A DNA stretch of 58,873 nucleotides, the filler included, from Sphacelaria rigidula (lineage: Eukaryota), in the NCBI GenBank assembly GCA_964200075.2. It is 10 parts of 10 records of this genome, joined end to end, with 100 filler letters (N's around TTAATTAATTAA, not from the genome) between each part and the next. Parts side by side here need not be neighbours in the genome. Positions count along the whole stretch, not along the records: positions 1 to 5,798 come from CAXNAA020024388.1; positions 5,899 to 11,696 come from CAXNAA020024389.1; 8 more parts are not named here. One strand, given 5' to 3'. A program made the position numbers and the translations under genes. Shown one piece after another: positions 1 through 11,478 of the stretch. Every line of letters begins with the position of its first letter. Within the stretch, counting starts at the first letter, position 1. Under the pieces are notes generated by a model. The model was not told where the DNA came from and did not search any database. It saw nothing but the letters and a program-made list of their open reading frames with translations.

Positions 1-340
1 GTAAAATGCCCCTATATATATATATATATGAAATATATATATATATTGGTACCTCCGTATTTTTTTTTATGCTCTATGCATTGCCCATACCAAATTTCAG
101 GGTCCCACTCTAAATGAATGAAAGAGCACGGACCTGCAAACTTCAAATCGCCTCTAGGCTGGCCCAGCTCGTAGCTGTCTTCAGTTAACAAACAAGAAAA
201 ATAAAATCTGGCTGATCACGGAGATAGGGTAGACCAGCGCGTAATTTTGTAATTGCCAGAGATTTGTACGGTATATACCTAACTCTAAATTCGAAAATTG
301 CGCCGCGCATGGTCGTCGCTTTCGCGTGATCATGTCATCA

Positions 341-430
341 GCCGCCGCACCCCGGTAGTCGAACGGTCAGACTGCCACCATTGGGGTGGAGAAAACGTGG
401 GTTCGATTCTCGGCAATTGCGTTTTTTTCT
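341..430 (+). mobile_element. tRNA-like Pol III element (SINE-like family B)
   Basis: A-box-like TAGTCGAACGG, B-box GGTTCGATTC, then a T-run; homologous copy at 34463-34552 (-); no clean cloverleaf. Confidence 0.6.
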
Positions 431-475
431 TCGACATAATATTTGTATGTAATTTTGTATAAACACCCTTATAAA

Positions 476-528
476 CCCTTAGGTTGACCAGCCGGAGTAG
501 GCCATTTGTTGAATCGGCATCAGTTTCA
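476..528 (-). mobile_element. Partial piggyBac-like MITE (family of 4846-4943)
   Basis: CCCTT terminus and GTTGAATCGGCATCA core shared with the other copies. Confidence 0.55.
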
Positions 529-943
529 TTCTGTCGAAGGATGCGGATGGCGGTCTCCTCCCGATCACAGGGATATTTTTACCTAGCGATATGTCGCCGC
601 GGTTCATGAGATATATTCGGTGGGAGATTATCAGGTTATGGGCCGGCCCAATATTTGAAGAGTCATTCTGTAGACGTTCCCCTACTGAAGACGGAGCAGC
701 TGGGTAAACGAGAAACTGCTCTGTCGTCTGTTGTAGAGGGCTGTTGTACGAGAAACTGGAGCATTCCGATGCTTCTCTGAAGGAGGACGCATCTAAAATT
801 TCGATTGACTATAGTAAAATCAAGATATTGAAATGCCATCAACAGTAAGTGAAAAGTTCCTCCACTAACTGTCCGTTCAAAATAAAAAATAAAAAACTCT
901 TCGGAACAGATATATACCTATTGCTTTTGGCTGTTTCTCCCAG

Positions 944-2369
944 GTACAATACGGTTGGTACTCACCCAGGACGGACACCAAAGGTACGTTGTGTACTCTT
1001 GTTGTGGCGTAGAGACAGACACGGACGCATTCTGCTGTGGCTTGCTGTGTAGTCGATATCGGAGCTACAGGTGCCGCAAAATAAAACGGGGCGCAGCAAA
1101 GCAGCCGCCGGTTCTTTCACTTGGGCGTTCCGCACCTTCAGCAGAACGGGTTATTCACCGAATTGCGCCCATTTGGCAGATCCAGCTGCCTACCACGGCC
1201 CGAAACTCGGAAGATATACACCATCACTACGTACCCGCTCGGTGTGTACGGTAGTCGCCTGTGTGCACACCGTCCTTATACCCGCGCATGCAGAGGCGTG
1301 CCGGTCTGTTCTTCTCAATTTTGTCTGAGGAGATCGTCTCTGTGTGTAGTTGTTTCCAAAACGCAGGGAAATGGTCTTCTCAAGGCACAAACCCGATGCA
1401 GCTTCTCGGGGTGGTATCGGCCGTTCGTCATCCAGCTCAGCACCCCCACAGACCGCATCCTCAGGAGCCGCCATCGACCCGTCGCTAAACTCTTCTGTGT
1501 CTGGCTTACCTCAGCCACCGGCGTACAACCCATTAGTCCCCACCGGTGCTGCTGGTGCCCGCGCCTCCACGGCGCGCCGGGGCAGCCGCACCTCTGCCGA
1601 TACCGGCGGCTCAGCCCACGGCACCGACCCAAGTCGTCACGCCGTCGGCGGCTCCGATTTGTCTGTTGGAGGCAGCAATCTCGCCCCGGTTTCAAATCGT
1701 CGAGGCAGCGGCAACATGGGCACCACAAGCGGCGGCGGTAGCGGCTCCGATCGCCCGAGATCACGATCAGGGCGGGGTCCTTCCTTTCGTGGTGGTGACG
1801 GGGGCGACGGCGGCGGTCGAGGCGAGGGTAGTAGCAGGCCGTCGTCACGAGCAGGGCTTGCGAGGGGCGGGAGTGAAGATTTAGAGGGCGGAGGCGGGGG
1901 TGGCAGTAGGCATGATGGGCGAGGAGCCGGGGGGGGGGGAGGGGGGGAAAGCGGCATCACGCGAGTACCGTACCAAAACAGGGTTGGCATGGAGTGCCTA
2001 AGCCCGATCAATGTGGCGAGGGATGGGCCTTTTGGTGGTGGCGGTGAGTACGATTGGTACCGCAATTCGGGTGCTGTCCTATCGGTAATGCAAGTGCTGT
2101 AGCACTGTTGCTGTTCCACGTAATGTAGTAGTTGCAGTGGTCTATGTGGTACGAGTTTTCGAAATGTTGTTTCGTGTATCTGCTTAACCTAGACCTCGCA
2201 CATCGCACTGTTCCACATGCTCACCCTGGTGTGGTTTCTCAGGTTTGTTTTCGTCGTGATCTCGAACTTCTGCTACATGTTTGCTCAATTTCTCGGGTGT
2301 TCTGTATCCTACTACAGCAGAAGAAGTGGCATTCGAGGTGGAGGATGTTTTTTACAGTTCAGAAGTACG
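944..2369 (+). CDS. Partial spliced gene, unknown Gly/Ser-rich protein; exons ~944-983, 1367-2043, ~2321-2364/2369
   Basis: CAG acceptors and GTACGT/GTGAGT donors are phase-compatible, giving ...TIRLVLTQDGHQ|REMVFSRHKPD...GPFGGG|EEVAFEVEDVFYSSE; no recognisable domain. Confidence 0.6.
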
Positions 2370-3056
2370 GTAAAGTACTACTCTATGAAAAAGAATCTAA
2401 TATCAGCCCTCTTGAGGGATTTGCGCGGAGGGCTATATTTTAGCACGGCAGACGGTACGGTGCTCCAGTGTCCTGGCTGAACTGTTTTGCATTGTACTAC
2501 GTCTCCCTTTTGTCGTATGCGCACTAGAGGTCCGCTCACCGTCAATTTCCTACGTACCTGACGCTTTCTGCTTGTCGTCTGTGCTGTTTTGGTGCTACAA
2601 TAGTACAGTTTGGGGAGCATGATTCCGTTCTGACATTCTGTTTGACGAGATGTCACAGGAACAAATAGTACGTCAGTACATACAACAGTACAAATCCACT
2701 CGCACGCTTTCTGTTCTTATTTGCATCTTCCACATGGGCCTACTGTACCGTACTGCTGTACCCCACGACTTTACCTGTTATGATATAGAATCGCCTGATC
2801 TGCGACCTGGGCATACTCATTTGTGTTATCTCATAGCGCAATATATCAACGTTTCCGTTTCAGCACTACAACAGTGCAGTCAGTATTTCACTATGTTTTT
2901 GATGAAGTTCATAGTCCTGCGAGCTGGGCCAGCAGTAAATCAGCGCGACTTGAGCATATCGCTGTGAACTGCAGACCAGCCTGGTAATACACGGCACCGC
3001 CGCTCAATGAATGAAACAAAGAGAAGAAAAACGTACTGCATAACATACAACATTGA

Positions 3057-3163
3057 CCCTTAAAACGCCGTGCGGGCACTCGTAATCCATCTGGATCACG
3101 CGTACTTCTTTCATGTGAACATTGATGCCGATTCAGCAGGTGACCTACCCTCGCCCTCACAGC
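3057..3163 (+). mobile_element. Degenerate piggyBac-like MITE copy
   Basis: TTGA|CCCTT start; ATCTGGATCA and ATTGATGCCGATTCAGCAGGTGACCTACCCTCGC blocks match 18546-18648. Confidence 0.7.
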
Positions 3164-3543
3164 GACGGACGAAAAAAAAAGAGGATCTACAGGGATTCGA
3201 ACTCACAACCTCCATAACGGCAGACTCCCCCTGTGTCACTTGAAATAAATAGGCGCGGCCGTGTCACACGCAACCTGCGATGCGGCGCCCAATTTGCGGT
3301 ATTTTTGGCCAAAACTTCACCAGGATATCCTGGACGCGAGTGCCCACAACGTTGTTCGGGATGCAGCCGGTTTGATCGTTTTTTGAGGAAGTTAAAGCAT
3401 ATTTCCTGTTTTCCTGAAACTTCAACTCGCTGTAACTTCCTGTTTTTTCTTCTTTTTCCTCTGCACCCCCCATAAGGTTGCGCGGGTTGATGATAGAAAT
3501 GTCGTGTCAGTATTTCAGCGTCTAACTCGTTGAATTAATCATA

Positions 3544-3903
3544 TGTGTGTTGTCATCCCATCTATTCTCGACGCCAGTCTACACCTTTCGGTGTATGTGG
3601 GCGCACCAGCCGGGGTTACATAGGAGGAAGTCCAACACAGGAGTTTTTCCCTCCATTTATTTGTTTGATTTTCCACCTTCCTTCTGCAGTGCTTGCATTT
3701 TTTTCCTATTGAGAGAGAGGATCAGCACTCCCGTTCCCTCGTTGACCGTGAGCTCGAATTTTGTGTACCCACGGCATGTTCGCTCTCCACTGTTGGGCAT
3801 TGTGTGAGAAAAATCCCAGATCGTGTGACTGCACCCAGATTCGAACCCATGACCCATCCGTAAAAAGTTTTCGAGGTTGCCAACTGAGCCACCGGGGCGA
3901 ACC
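3544..3903 (-). mobile_element. tRNA-derived SINE family A, near full-length copy
   Basis: Minus-strand head CGCCCCGGTGGCTCAGTTGG (A box) ... GGGTTCGAATC (B box), conserved body, (CA)n tail; seven copies in the window. Confidence 0.85.
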
Positions 3904-4820
3904 CAATAGCACCGCCATTCTTCAGTCAAAAATCACTGTCAGCTGCCCCAGCTCGTCTACATACAGTGGCAGAGACCCCTGTCAAGGCGGCACACAGACA
4001 GTTTCAAGCGATTAACACGCGCCTTCTCCGAAGTCTCGCTCTGACCCGGGTGAAGGCGGGCACCGCTTCATCGCGGATGCCCGCATATAGTGAATCCCGT
4101 CTTAACATGGGCAAACGAGAATGTTGATTATGGTTTCACTTGACAGACGGGGTCTGGGTGTGTGAGAGGACGAACAGAGCCCTGCTCACCCAGAGTAGCA
4201 TGCTGTTCTGTTCGGCTGTTATTTTTCCCTTTTGCGGTATGAAGTTCAAAGACAAATCGAAGTCACACCCTAATCCGCTACAGTGAACATTCGTCTTGCG
4301 CGGAGAGTCAGGTGTTTCTTCACACCGCTCGTTGAGCTACCTACCAAAGCGTAGGGAGGCAAATGCCCGCTATTTACGTAAAACTGCACGTATTGATTAC
4401 CTTAACTCTTGGACTGCGAACCCCCCCCTCAGTTGGACTGAGATACATGATGCCACAGACAAGGGAATTTCATACATATCTTTTCTCGCTACACAAACGC
4501 CCTTGTTCATGAACATGTGGATGTTGAGCATTCACGTAGGAAATAGCCCTGGAGAACCCCTGACCGGTTTTGACCCTGCAGTCTATGGGATGCCGAGTCA
4601 GTATGTGTGCTGTATGTCTTCGCTGGATACAACGGCAACAGTCAGCGTGCCATCGCTCTCCACTGAACACGGGATACTGTATCCTTCTGATGTCTCTGCT
4701 GAGTGTTCCACGAAACTCCAGACAGTGTGAAGCTATACTGGTGAACACAGGAGGGGTCACGCAGGGCGCATGGACCACGAAGACCTTGTTTCCTATGGCT
4801 GAATAGTCATGACCAAAAAT

Positions 4821-5150
4821 GGTGGGTACACAAAATTCTACTTAACCCTTGGACCGCGAGGGTAGTCTCGCTGGATCATGCATAATTTTTTCAAGTCAAA
4901 TTGATGCCGATTCAACAGATTACCTACTCTCGCTGTCTAGGGGTTAACGGTAGACAAGGGAAAGGGGCTGCTGTACCCCTCTCGCGAGGCGAGCACCGCT
5001 GAAGGAAGGTGGAGTACTAAAAACAAACAAGAAGGAAAAAAACTCCCATGTTGACCTTACTCCTGTGTGACCCCGGCTGGTGCGCCCACATATACCGAAC
5101 GGTGTAGACCGGCGCCCAGAACAGATGGGACGACAACACACACAACGCAC
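4821..5150 (+). mobile_element. SINE family A, 5'-truncated copy interrupted by a MITE
   Basis: GGGTACACAAAATTC before the MITE and SINE body plus GACGACAACACACA tail after it. Confidence 0.8.
4846..4943. mobile_element. 98-bp piggyBac-like MITE with TTAA target-site duplication
   Basis: TTAA at 4842-4845 and 4944-4947; TIRs CCCTTGGACCGCGAGGGTAG and CCCCTAGACAGCGAGAGTAG (reverse complement), 16/20 identical. Confidence 0.88.
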
Positions 5151-5724
5151 GAAATGAGAAGAAGGGCTAGACGGCGAAGTAGTCCACCTGTAGTCGACCA
5201 AATGGGAAACAAAGTGGCCATTTTGATGGTCGTGGGAGGATGAGTGGTCAGAATGGCCGTTCTAATTTACGGTGGGAAACTTCCGAACACACATGGTTGA
5301 CTTGGTGAGCTTTTTGGCTGTTCTGCGAACAGGCAGTGTTGTTCCTTTTCACTATTACAGAGGCATTTTACTGCGGTTATTGTAGTAGTCATCATCTGCG
5401 GCGTCCATCGGAGACGGTCGTGCGCCAAGGCCTAAAATATATCGAGACTAGAGGGGCACACGTCCATGAACGAGACGGGTCCACATTAGCACGGCAAGGT
5501 GGCGCTACAGATTTCCACTCAGACTGAGGCAGCCGGACGTGAAAGGATGCACATCGCTGCGGAGGGAGGAAGCACTCAATACACGAAATATACCGCGGCC
5601 CGGTGATGAACAACTAAGTTGAAACTGTGTGCTCCTAGCCAGCAGTACAACGAGTACTACACGATGAGAACCACGCCTGACCAGGGCTGGAATACCCGCG
5701 ATCCATCCGCAAAAGTTGAACATT

Positions 5725-5798
5725 CCACGGTTAGGACAAATCATCACGACTCAAAATCACCAAATTCACGATTTCTTCGGCCTGATTGCCCAAAAGGG
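5725..5798 (+). repeat. High-copy repeat at contig ends (also ~52895-52976 and ~58814-58873)
   Basis: CACGGTTAGGACAAATCATCACGACTCAAAATCACCAAATTCACGATTTC is identical at the 3' end of three contigs. Confidence 0.85.
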
Positions 5799-5898
5799 NN
5801 NNNNNNNNNNNNNNNNNNNNNNNNNNNNNNNNNNNNNNNNNNTTAATTAATTAANNNNNNNNNNNNNNNNNNNNNNNNNNNNNNNNNNNNNNNNNNNN
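5799..5898. other. Artificial contig linker (N44-TTAATTAATTAA-N44); identical linkers at 11697-11796, 17595-17694, 23492-23591, 29389-29488, 35286-35385, 41183-41282, 47080-47179, 52977-53076
   Basis: Identical 100-bp N blocks with a six-frame stop linker; intervening segments are 5798, 5798, 5798, then seven of 5797 bp. Confidence 0.98.
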
Positions 5899-6033
5899 AT
5901 AAAAAAGACAGCAAACAGAAAAAACCCCTGTCTTGACCTTCCTCCTGTGTCACTCCGGCTGATCCAACCACATACACCGAAAGGTGTAGACTGGTGCCCA
6001 GAATAAACGGGACGACAAAGCACACACACACAC
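5899..6033 (+). mobile_element. SINE family A, 3' part
   Basis: TTGACCTTCCTCCTGTGT...GGTGTAGACTGG...GGGACGACA-(CA)n matches the other copies. Confidence 0.8.
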
Positions 6034-7774
6034 ACTCGATCTACTCAAATTTTGAGTAGAGTAGTTGAGGCCGTACTCGACGTACTCAAAATTTGAGAAG
6101 AGTATTGAGGTCACACCCAAGTGGTACTCTATACTCAAGTATTACTGAGGGTGCTTACTCAATATTTGAGTAGAGTATTTGAGATCGCACTCGATCTTCT
6201 CAAATTTTGAGTAGAGTATTTGAGGCCACACTCGACGTACTCGAAATTTGAGTAGAGTATTCGAGGTGATGCGGATATTGTTTTTACTAATGCGGCAGCT
6301 TTTACTTGCTTGACAATGGAACTTCCCGGTCTTGTTCTTCGGATCTACGGGCTTCATGAAATCACCAACATAGTACATGTAAGAGTCCTCCCGGCTACCC
6401 ATTTGTTGATGACCGTCGGGGATCCGGAAGCTCTCGATCGCCGCAATCGTTTCCTGGGGCACCTTGTACACACTTCCGTTGGCTCCGTACACGGGGGCCG
6501 CCTCTACAACGCGGTCCGCCGGAGCCTCTTTCAGGGTCAGCTCCATCACTCCTGACGCCGTCGCGCCTTCTCCTATTGCTTCCGCTGGTGACCGTCCCGA
6601 TGTTTCCGCGTCTTGCTTTGTTTTCACCGCTGACTCTCCCATGGAGGAGTCACATGTTTGGCCATTAGAGTCGCTCATTTTGATGATACTGACCACTCGA
6701 CTACCGATCTACCCGATTAAATTATGATGAGTAGCGCTCTGTACTGAAAGTGATATCGAAGGCGTTGCGAGGTATCGGGTATGTACTGCGGTGGGTGGGG
6801 GCTGGTAAGATGGAGCGCTGGAGCAGGTAGGTTCACTGTTCATTCGCCTGCACGCTTTTTTATTTATTCATGTTCATCATTCGCTCATACTCCTTGTAGC
6901 CTGTAACGTGACGCCACCCATCTAAATCGATGGCCATCGTTCACCCATGTATTCAACATAGTCTGGGAAGTGACGTCACGAAGTCGCCGACGGGTCACCG
7001 TCACGAATACTCACCATACCCAAGTGATACCCTATACTCAGGTGTTACCCAAAGTGCTTACTCAATACTTCCTCTGTCCGAAAATACAATTCCGATTTGC
7101 ACCTCATGTCAAATATAACGCTCTTGACCACGAAAGAGCAGGTGCTGGGTTTGATTCCTTCCTTGAACACCGTTTTTTTTTAAAGCTTTTTTAAAGCTCT
7201 TTTTTCCTCTTCATGCTTTTCTTTCAGTTTAAAGGTCCCGAATTCTGGCACCCTGTAGTTTTGCTCCCGGTCAACGGGGAAGATTTTTTTTTTCAAAGTG
7301 CACACCTACAGGGGGCTACATACAGCCAAGATTCCACGGAAAAACAACGACTGAAAAAAACGTTTTCCACGCCACGTAACTGAGGAAAAAAGATACGATC
7401 TTTTACCTTACTGACCAGATCTTCGGCAAATCCGTCTGGGGCCAAAAAAATGCATGGGAGGGGATGAAAACGAACCATCCCCTGTTTTAGGCCATTTCTT
7501 CAACAGTACTACCATTGGGAGCACGACAAAAAAGAGGCAAAAAACCTTATTGCAACGCTCTGAACGACAAACCGACCTTACATTCCGAATTCTCAAATGG
7601 TACGTATATTTTCGGATAGAGGAAGTATTTGAATAGAGTATTGGAGGTCGCACTCGATCTACTCAAAGACTGAGTAGAGTACCTGAGGCCGTACTCGACC
7701 TACTCAGAATCTGAGTAGACTAAATAATTGGGTATTTTGGTCGAGCACTCAAAAGTACATACTCTACTCATCTG
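6034..7774 (-). mobile_element. Decayed DNA transposon (possibly hAT-like) with ~41-bp palindromic repeat arrays and a truncated ORF (6142-6696)
   Basis: Arrays around CTACTCAAATTTTGAGTAG at 6034-6270 and 7625-7770; ORF segment KFHCQASKSC resembles a truncated BED-type zinc finger (inference); CATCTG terminus at ~7774. Confidence 0.5.
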
Positions 7775-8548
7775 CCCTTGGATATTTCCTATTTTGGGGG
7801 CAAGAACGGCGTCGAATGTCCCAAACCGAAATATTCGACCAAAAGATCCAATACCCATAAATGAAGGCTTCATATACAGGAATTCGTTCAAGGCCGGTAG
7901 ATAACACCGACTCATCGCCCTCTTTTTCTGCGCTGTCTTGCATTACCCTGAAGCATCCATCATGGATATCATTTGATCTATCCATCTGGGATGTGCGGAT
8001 CCATGGTGGATATCCAAGAGGGATTTTGAGACCTTGGACAGTTATCCCAGACGAATACCCATATCGATTACGGATATCACACGCTATTATTGCAAGTCTG
8101 TCTATTTTTGACCTTACCCGAAGGTTTTACATGATTTCTCCCTAGCCCGATTCTCACGAGGTGGTCGGCTTCGTGCTGTTGTAGCACTGTACGTGTACAT
8201 ATTGGTGTATGATGTCAACCGGAACGCCGTGCGAGCTGTGCGTACATACAGTGCAATGCGCAAGAACAAGAGAAATAGTCGCCCCGAGCCAACGATTGAA
8301 CAGCGCGTATCATTTCGTTGATTGCCTCAAACAAGGTGGCTGCTGCGTTTGTTCTGCTGAAGTCGCAGAGTGGATTCCCAACACGCTAGGGTCGAGATCG
8401 CCGGTCACAAGTCGAACAACACACTAAAACGAAGCGTCCAAGCGCAGAGTCCCGGTGTAATGTGGAGAATATCCCGCGCAAAACCACTGCACGCTATACC
8501 GAGCTCCGCACTGTGCTCATGCTCCGTTTCTCGCGTTTACCATCGCAG

Positions 8549-9979
8549 GGGTGGGTCTCGCGATAGCCAAGAAAATAGCTCAGGCTGGCCCGGAAAACTT
8601 GTGCGTGCTCACGTCACGTGATCCCGGAAGGGGAGAGAAGGCCGTGGAAACCCTGCGGCGAGAAGGGCTAGAAGTGGTGTACAAACAGCTAGACATCAAC
8701 GATCCAGACTCCGTGGAGGTTGGTTCATGTTCAACTCATGTACTGCGTTTACAGGTTTTTATAACTCGATGCCTATGGTTGCGCTGTACGTGCCAGTTGC
8801 TTTTGCAGCCATTGGCTTGTTCGACCTTTTGTTGGCAGGAGATCCCATAGGAAGAATGAGCGACAGGGGCTATTGGATTTCCGCCGAGTAAAGAAGTGCG
8901 TGTACTCGCGTATGCTCTGATTGAGCAACACATGGCGTCCTGTGTGCGCTTCACACCCTGGACAATCGATTCTATTGTAAAAAAATATAAAGCGTACTGT
9001 ATGGAATCTATTGTCTGTTGCAACAGGCGCAATAGTCGATACTGTACGCAGTACACTTTTTGACTGTGTATTCTATTACCCAGGATGTGGTGTGCTTTCG
9101 GTAGAGCAGAACTTGCACAGGACTTGCCCCCCCCCATTTCACCTCTCGTCTACAGCATGCCGCAAGCCTCAGCCAAGCACTATGTCATCGCTGTATCAGC
9201 CGAGCTTCACGTGCCTGTCTAGCTCGTTTCCTCGCTTAGATAAAGTGTTTTTTCTGCGCAGTATGTTTGTGTCTGAGCTGACCTGCCCCTTGAGCCTCGA
9301 GTTGGGATCGGCGATTTCGCGTTGTGAGCTGCCGCTCTGTGCTGAAGTCAACGTTTCTCTGTCGCCGTTTCCCTATCCCCATTTATCTACCCGTCTCTTC
9401 ATGTCTCCCTTGATGTTTTTTATTTGAGAAACTCCAGCGCCTTGCGTCGGAAATGGAGCAGGAGTACGGGCGATGCGATGTACTTGTCAACAACGCTGGA
9501 ATTGCCTTCAAGGGAGCAGATCCAACTCCCTTCAAGCAAGTCTAGATGTACACTCATTTAGTTCTCAACGCGTAACCTTCGGGAATTTCCGTTACTCGTG
9601 TGAGCATGATGGGCGACGTTTAGCCATTTTTCTTTCCAAAGTGCATGTGGGCGTGTCGATATTTTGGAGATCCATATTTTCGTACAGACGTGTACGATAC
9701 TTTTTCCGTCGGTTTATTTTAGTACTTCTGCAACGATCCTTGCCGGTGCCGATGAAGTGAAGATTTGCGGATGGTTCACTATTACCTGTTTCACAACTTT
9801 AACAACTGCGCACTGATGCCGCACCGGATTTTGTTCTCCTGCGTTTTTGTGCTTGCGGATTTGACGGCGGGGCTTGATTTCTGCACGACCGCGAGCAGGA
9901 AGCAGGCTGAGCCCACCTTGAAGACGAACTTCTTCGACACGGTGGCTTTCACGGAGAGAATGCTTCCCCTTCTTCGAAA
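8549..9979 (+). CDS. Carbonyl reductase (CBR1-like) short-chain dehydrogenase, internal exons 8549-8718, 9438-9535, 9899-9979
   Basis: Spliced product GVGLAIAKKI...VLTSRDPGRG...QLDINDPDSVE|RLASEMEQEYGRCDVLVNNAGIAFKGADPTPFK|KQAEPTLKTNFFDT has the SDR NNAG motif and carbonyl-reductase-like context; phases agree. Confidence 0.92.
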
Positions 9980-10206
9980 GTGAGTTGAAGACGCTGTCGT
10001 TGGGGAAAGCGACAGACGCAGGTGTACCTGAACATATTTCTGTCAGACTCAGGTACGGTGGTGACTATCCGTAGTATAGAGTGCCGAGATTTCCAGCCAA
10101 GCGATCGACCGCAACCGCCCCATGCCTGTTTGTGGCGGAAGCCGCGACAATTGCACCTCGTTATATCGTCTTTCCTGCCGAACATATCTCTGAAATTGCA
10201 AAGGTA

Positions 10207-11478
10207 CTTGACTAATTGTGTCTAACGTGGAGGATTCCAAGGAGCTGGAATGCGATACTTGAGCTCTTCAAACAGCGTTAAAACAGCGATGATTATCGTA
10301 CACTTTCGGGCTCTTCCCACAAAGCACACCCGTCTGGAAATTACCGTGTGCTCCGATCTCCGAACAACGCCTGACTCTGGCGTGCAGAGGTTCGGCTCCC
10401 GACTTTTCCCGCGGCAGACAAGCCGTGCACAGGCACATAGAATCGGGGGCAACGAGTACAAATGAGGAGGAATTATGCCCGCCAACGCCTTAGAAGGGGG
10501 TCATGCACGTAAAAGCCCCGTGACTGACGATAACTCAGCGAGGCGAGGAGAGATTCAGGGGGTAAATTTAGCACTTGCTGCTAGTAACGCCGTCGATGGC
10601 AAGCGCTTGAAGAAAATGCACAACGTGATTTCGTATGTGTAGGCAGTATGGTGCGATATAATAGTAGTGCATTGCCATACGTAAAGGGTGCAGTAAGGCA
10701 CCACGACGAACGTTAAAGGCGCAAACCTCGCTGGTAGTATTATGGCGAGGGGGCACGTGAGCGTCTTGTCCCAATATAAAGCCGTCCCACATCCAAACTG
10801 CACAATTCAGGAGTAGATGCTTCATTGCTGCACTGTGCTGCACTTGGCGGGAACAAACCGCGATGACCTAACGGGAAACAAAACAGATGGTGAAGGCATT
10901 GCGTGGTCCAACAAACGACACTCCCGACAGTGCAGGCGGTGCAGACACGACCGTATGGTGCACTATTACTACTTTTTTCTTGTGGGTGTGTGGGCTATTG
11001 GTGCCCTACGTACGGCAGTGTGTATTACCACTGTGCCGTACTGCCTGCACATACGTAAGCACGGTGTGCACCGTACAAGCGCTTGCCACCGAAGATGTCG
11101 CTGGCAGTACGTGCTAGTTTGCCGCTTGGTTTTTTCCTCACCTCGACGTGTTACCGTCGGTGGTCGCCTGTGTACGTGCACGACCCTTCAAGGGCGTTGG
11201 CGTGCGTGACTATTCCTCGTTGGCACTCGCTGCCCCCGACTATGTGCGTGCACGGCTAGTCTGCCCCGGTAAAAGTCGGGAGCCGAACCTCTGCACGCGA
11301 GAGCCAGGCGTTGTTCGGAGATCAAAACACATGTGGTATTTTTTTCTGACGGATGTGGCCTGTAGTTAGAGCCCAAAAGTGTACAACCATCGTTTGTGTT
11401 GTCGCTGTTGCAAAAGCTGAAGTATGACATTTCATCTCGTTGGAATCCGCCACGCTTAGGCCGGATGTTATGGCAAGC
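10207..11478. repeat. Long imperfect inverted repeat (arms ~10207-10700 and ~10990-11478)
   Basis: For example GATCTCCGAACAACGCCTGACTCTGGCGTGCAGAGGTTCGGCTCCCGACTTTT at ~10355 pairs with AAAAGTCGGGAGCCGAACCTCTGCACGCGAGAGCCAGGCGTTGTTCGGAGATC at ~11271; similarity extends on both sides. Confidence 0.85.

Noticed and set aside
341..430. Functional tRNA gene
   Set aside because: I could not form a proper acceptor or anticodon stem, and a diverged second copy indicates a repeat.
737..844. Upstream exon of the contig-1 gene (GLLYEKLEH...KCHQ, GTAAGT donor)
   Set aside because: It looks coding, but its phase does not match the frame needed for exon 944-983; left unresolved.
5843..5854. TTAATTAATTAA as a biological motif or piggyBac site
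   Set aside because: It is part of the artificial linker.
6034..6270. CRISPR-like array of palindromic repeats
   Set aside because: Units are tandem and degenerate, with no unique spacers and no cas genes; the context is eukaryotic.
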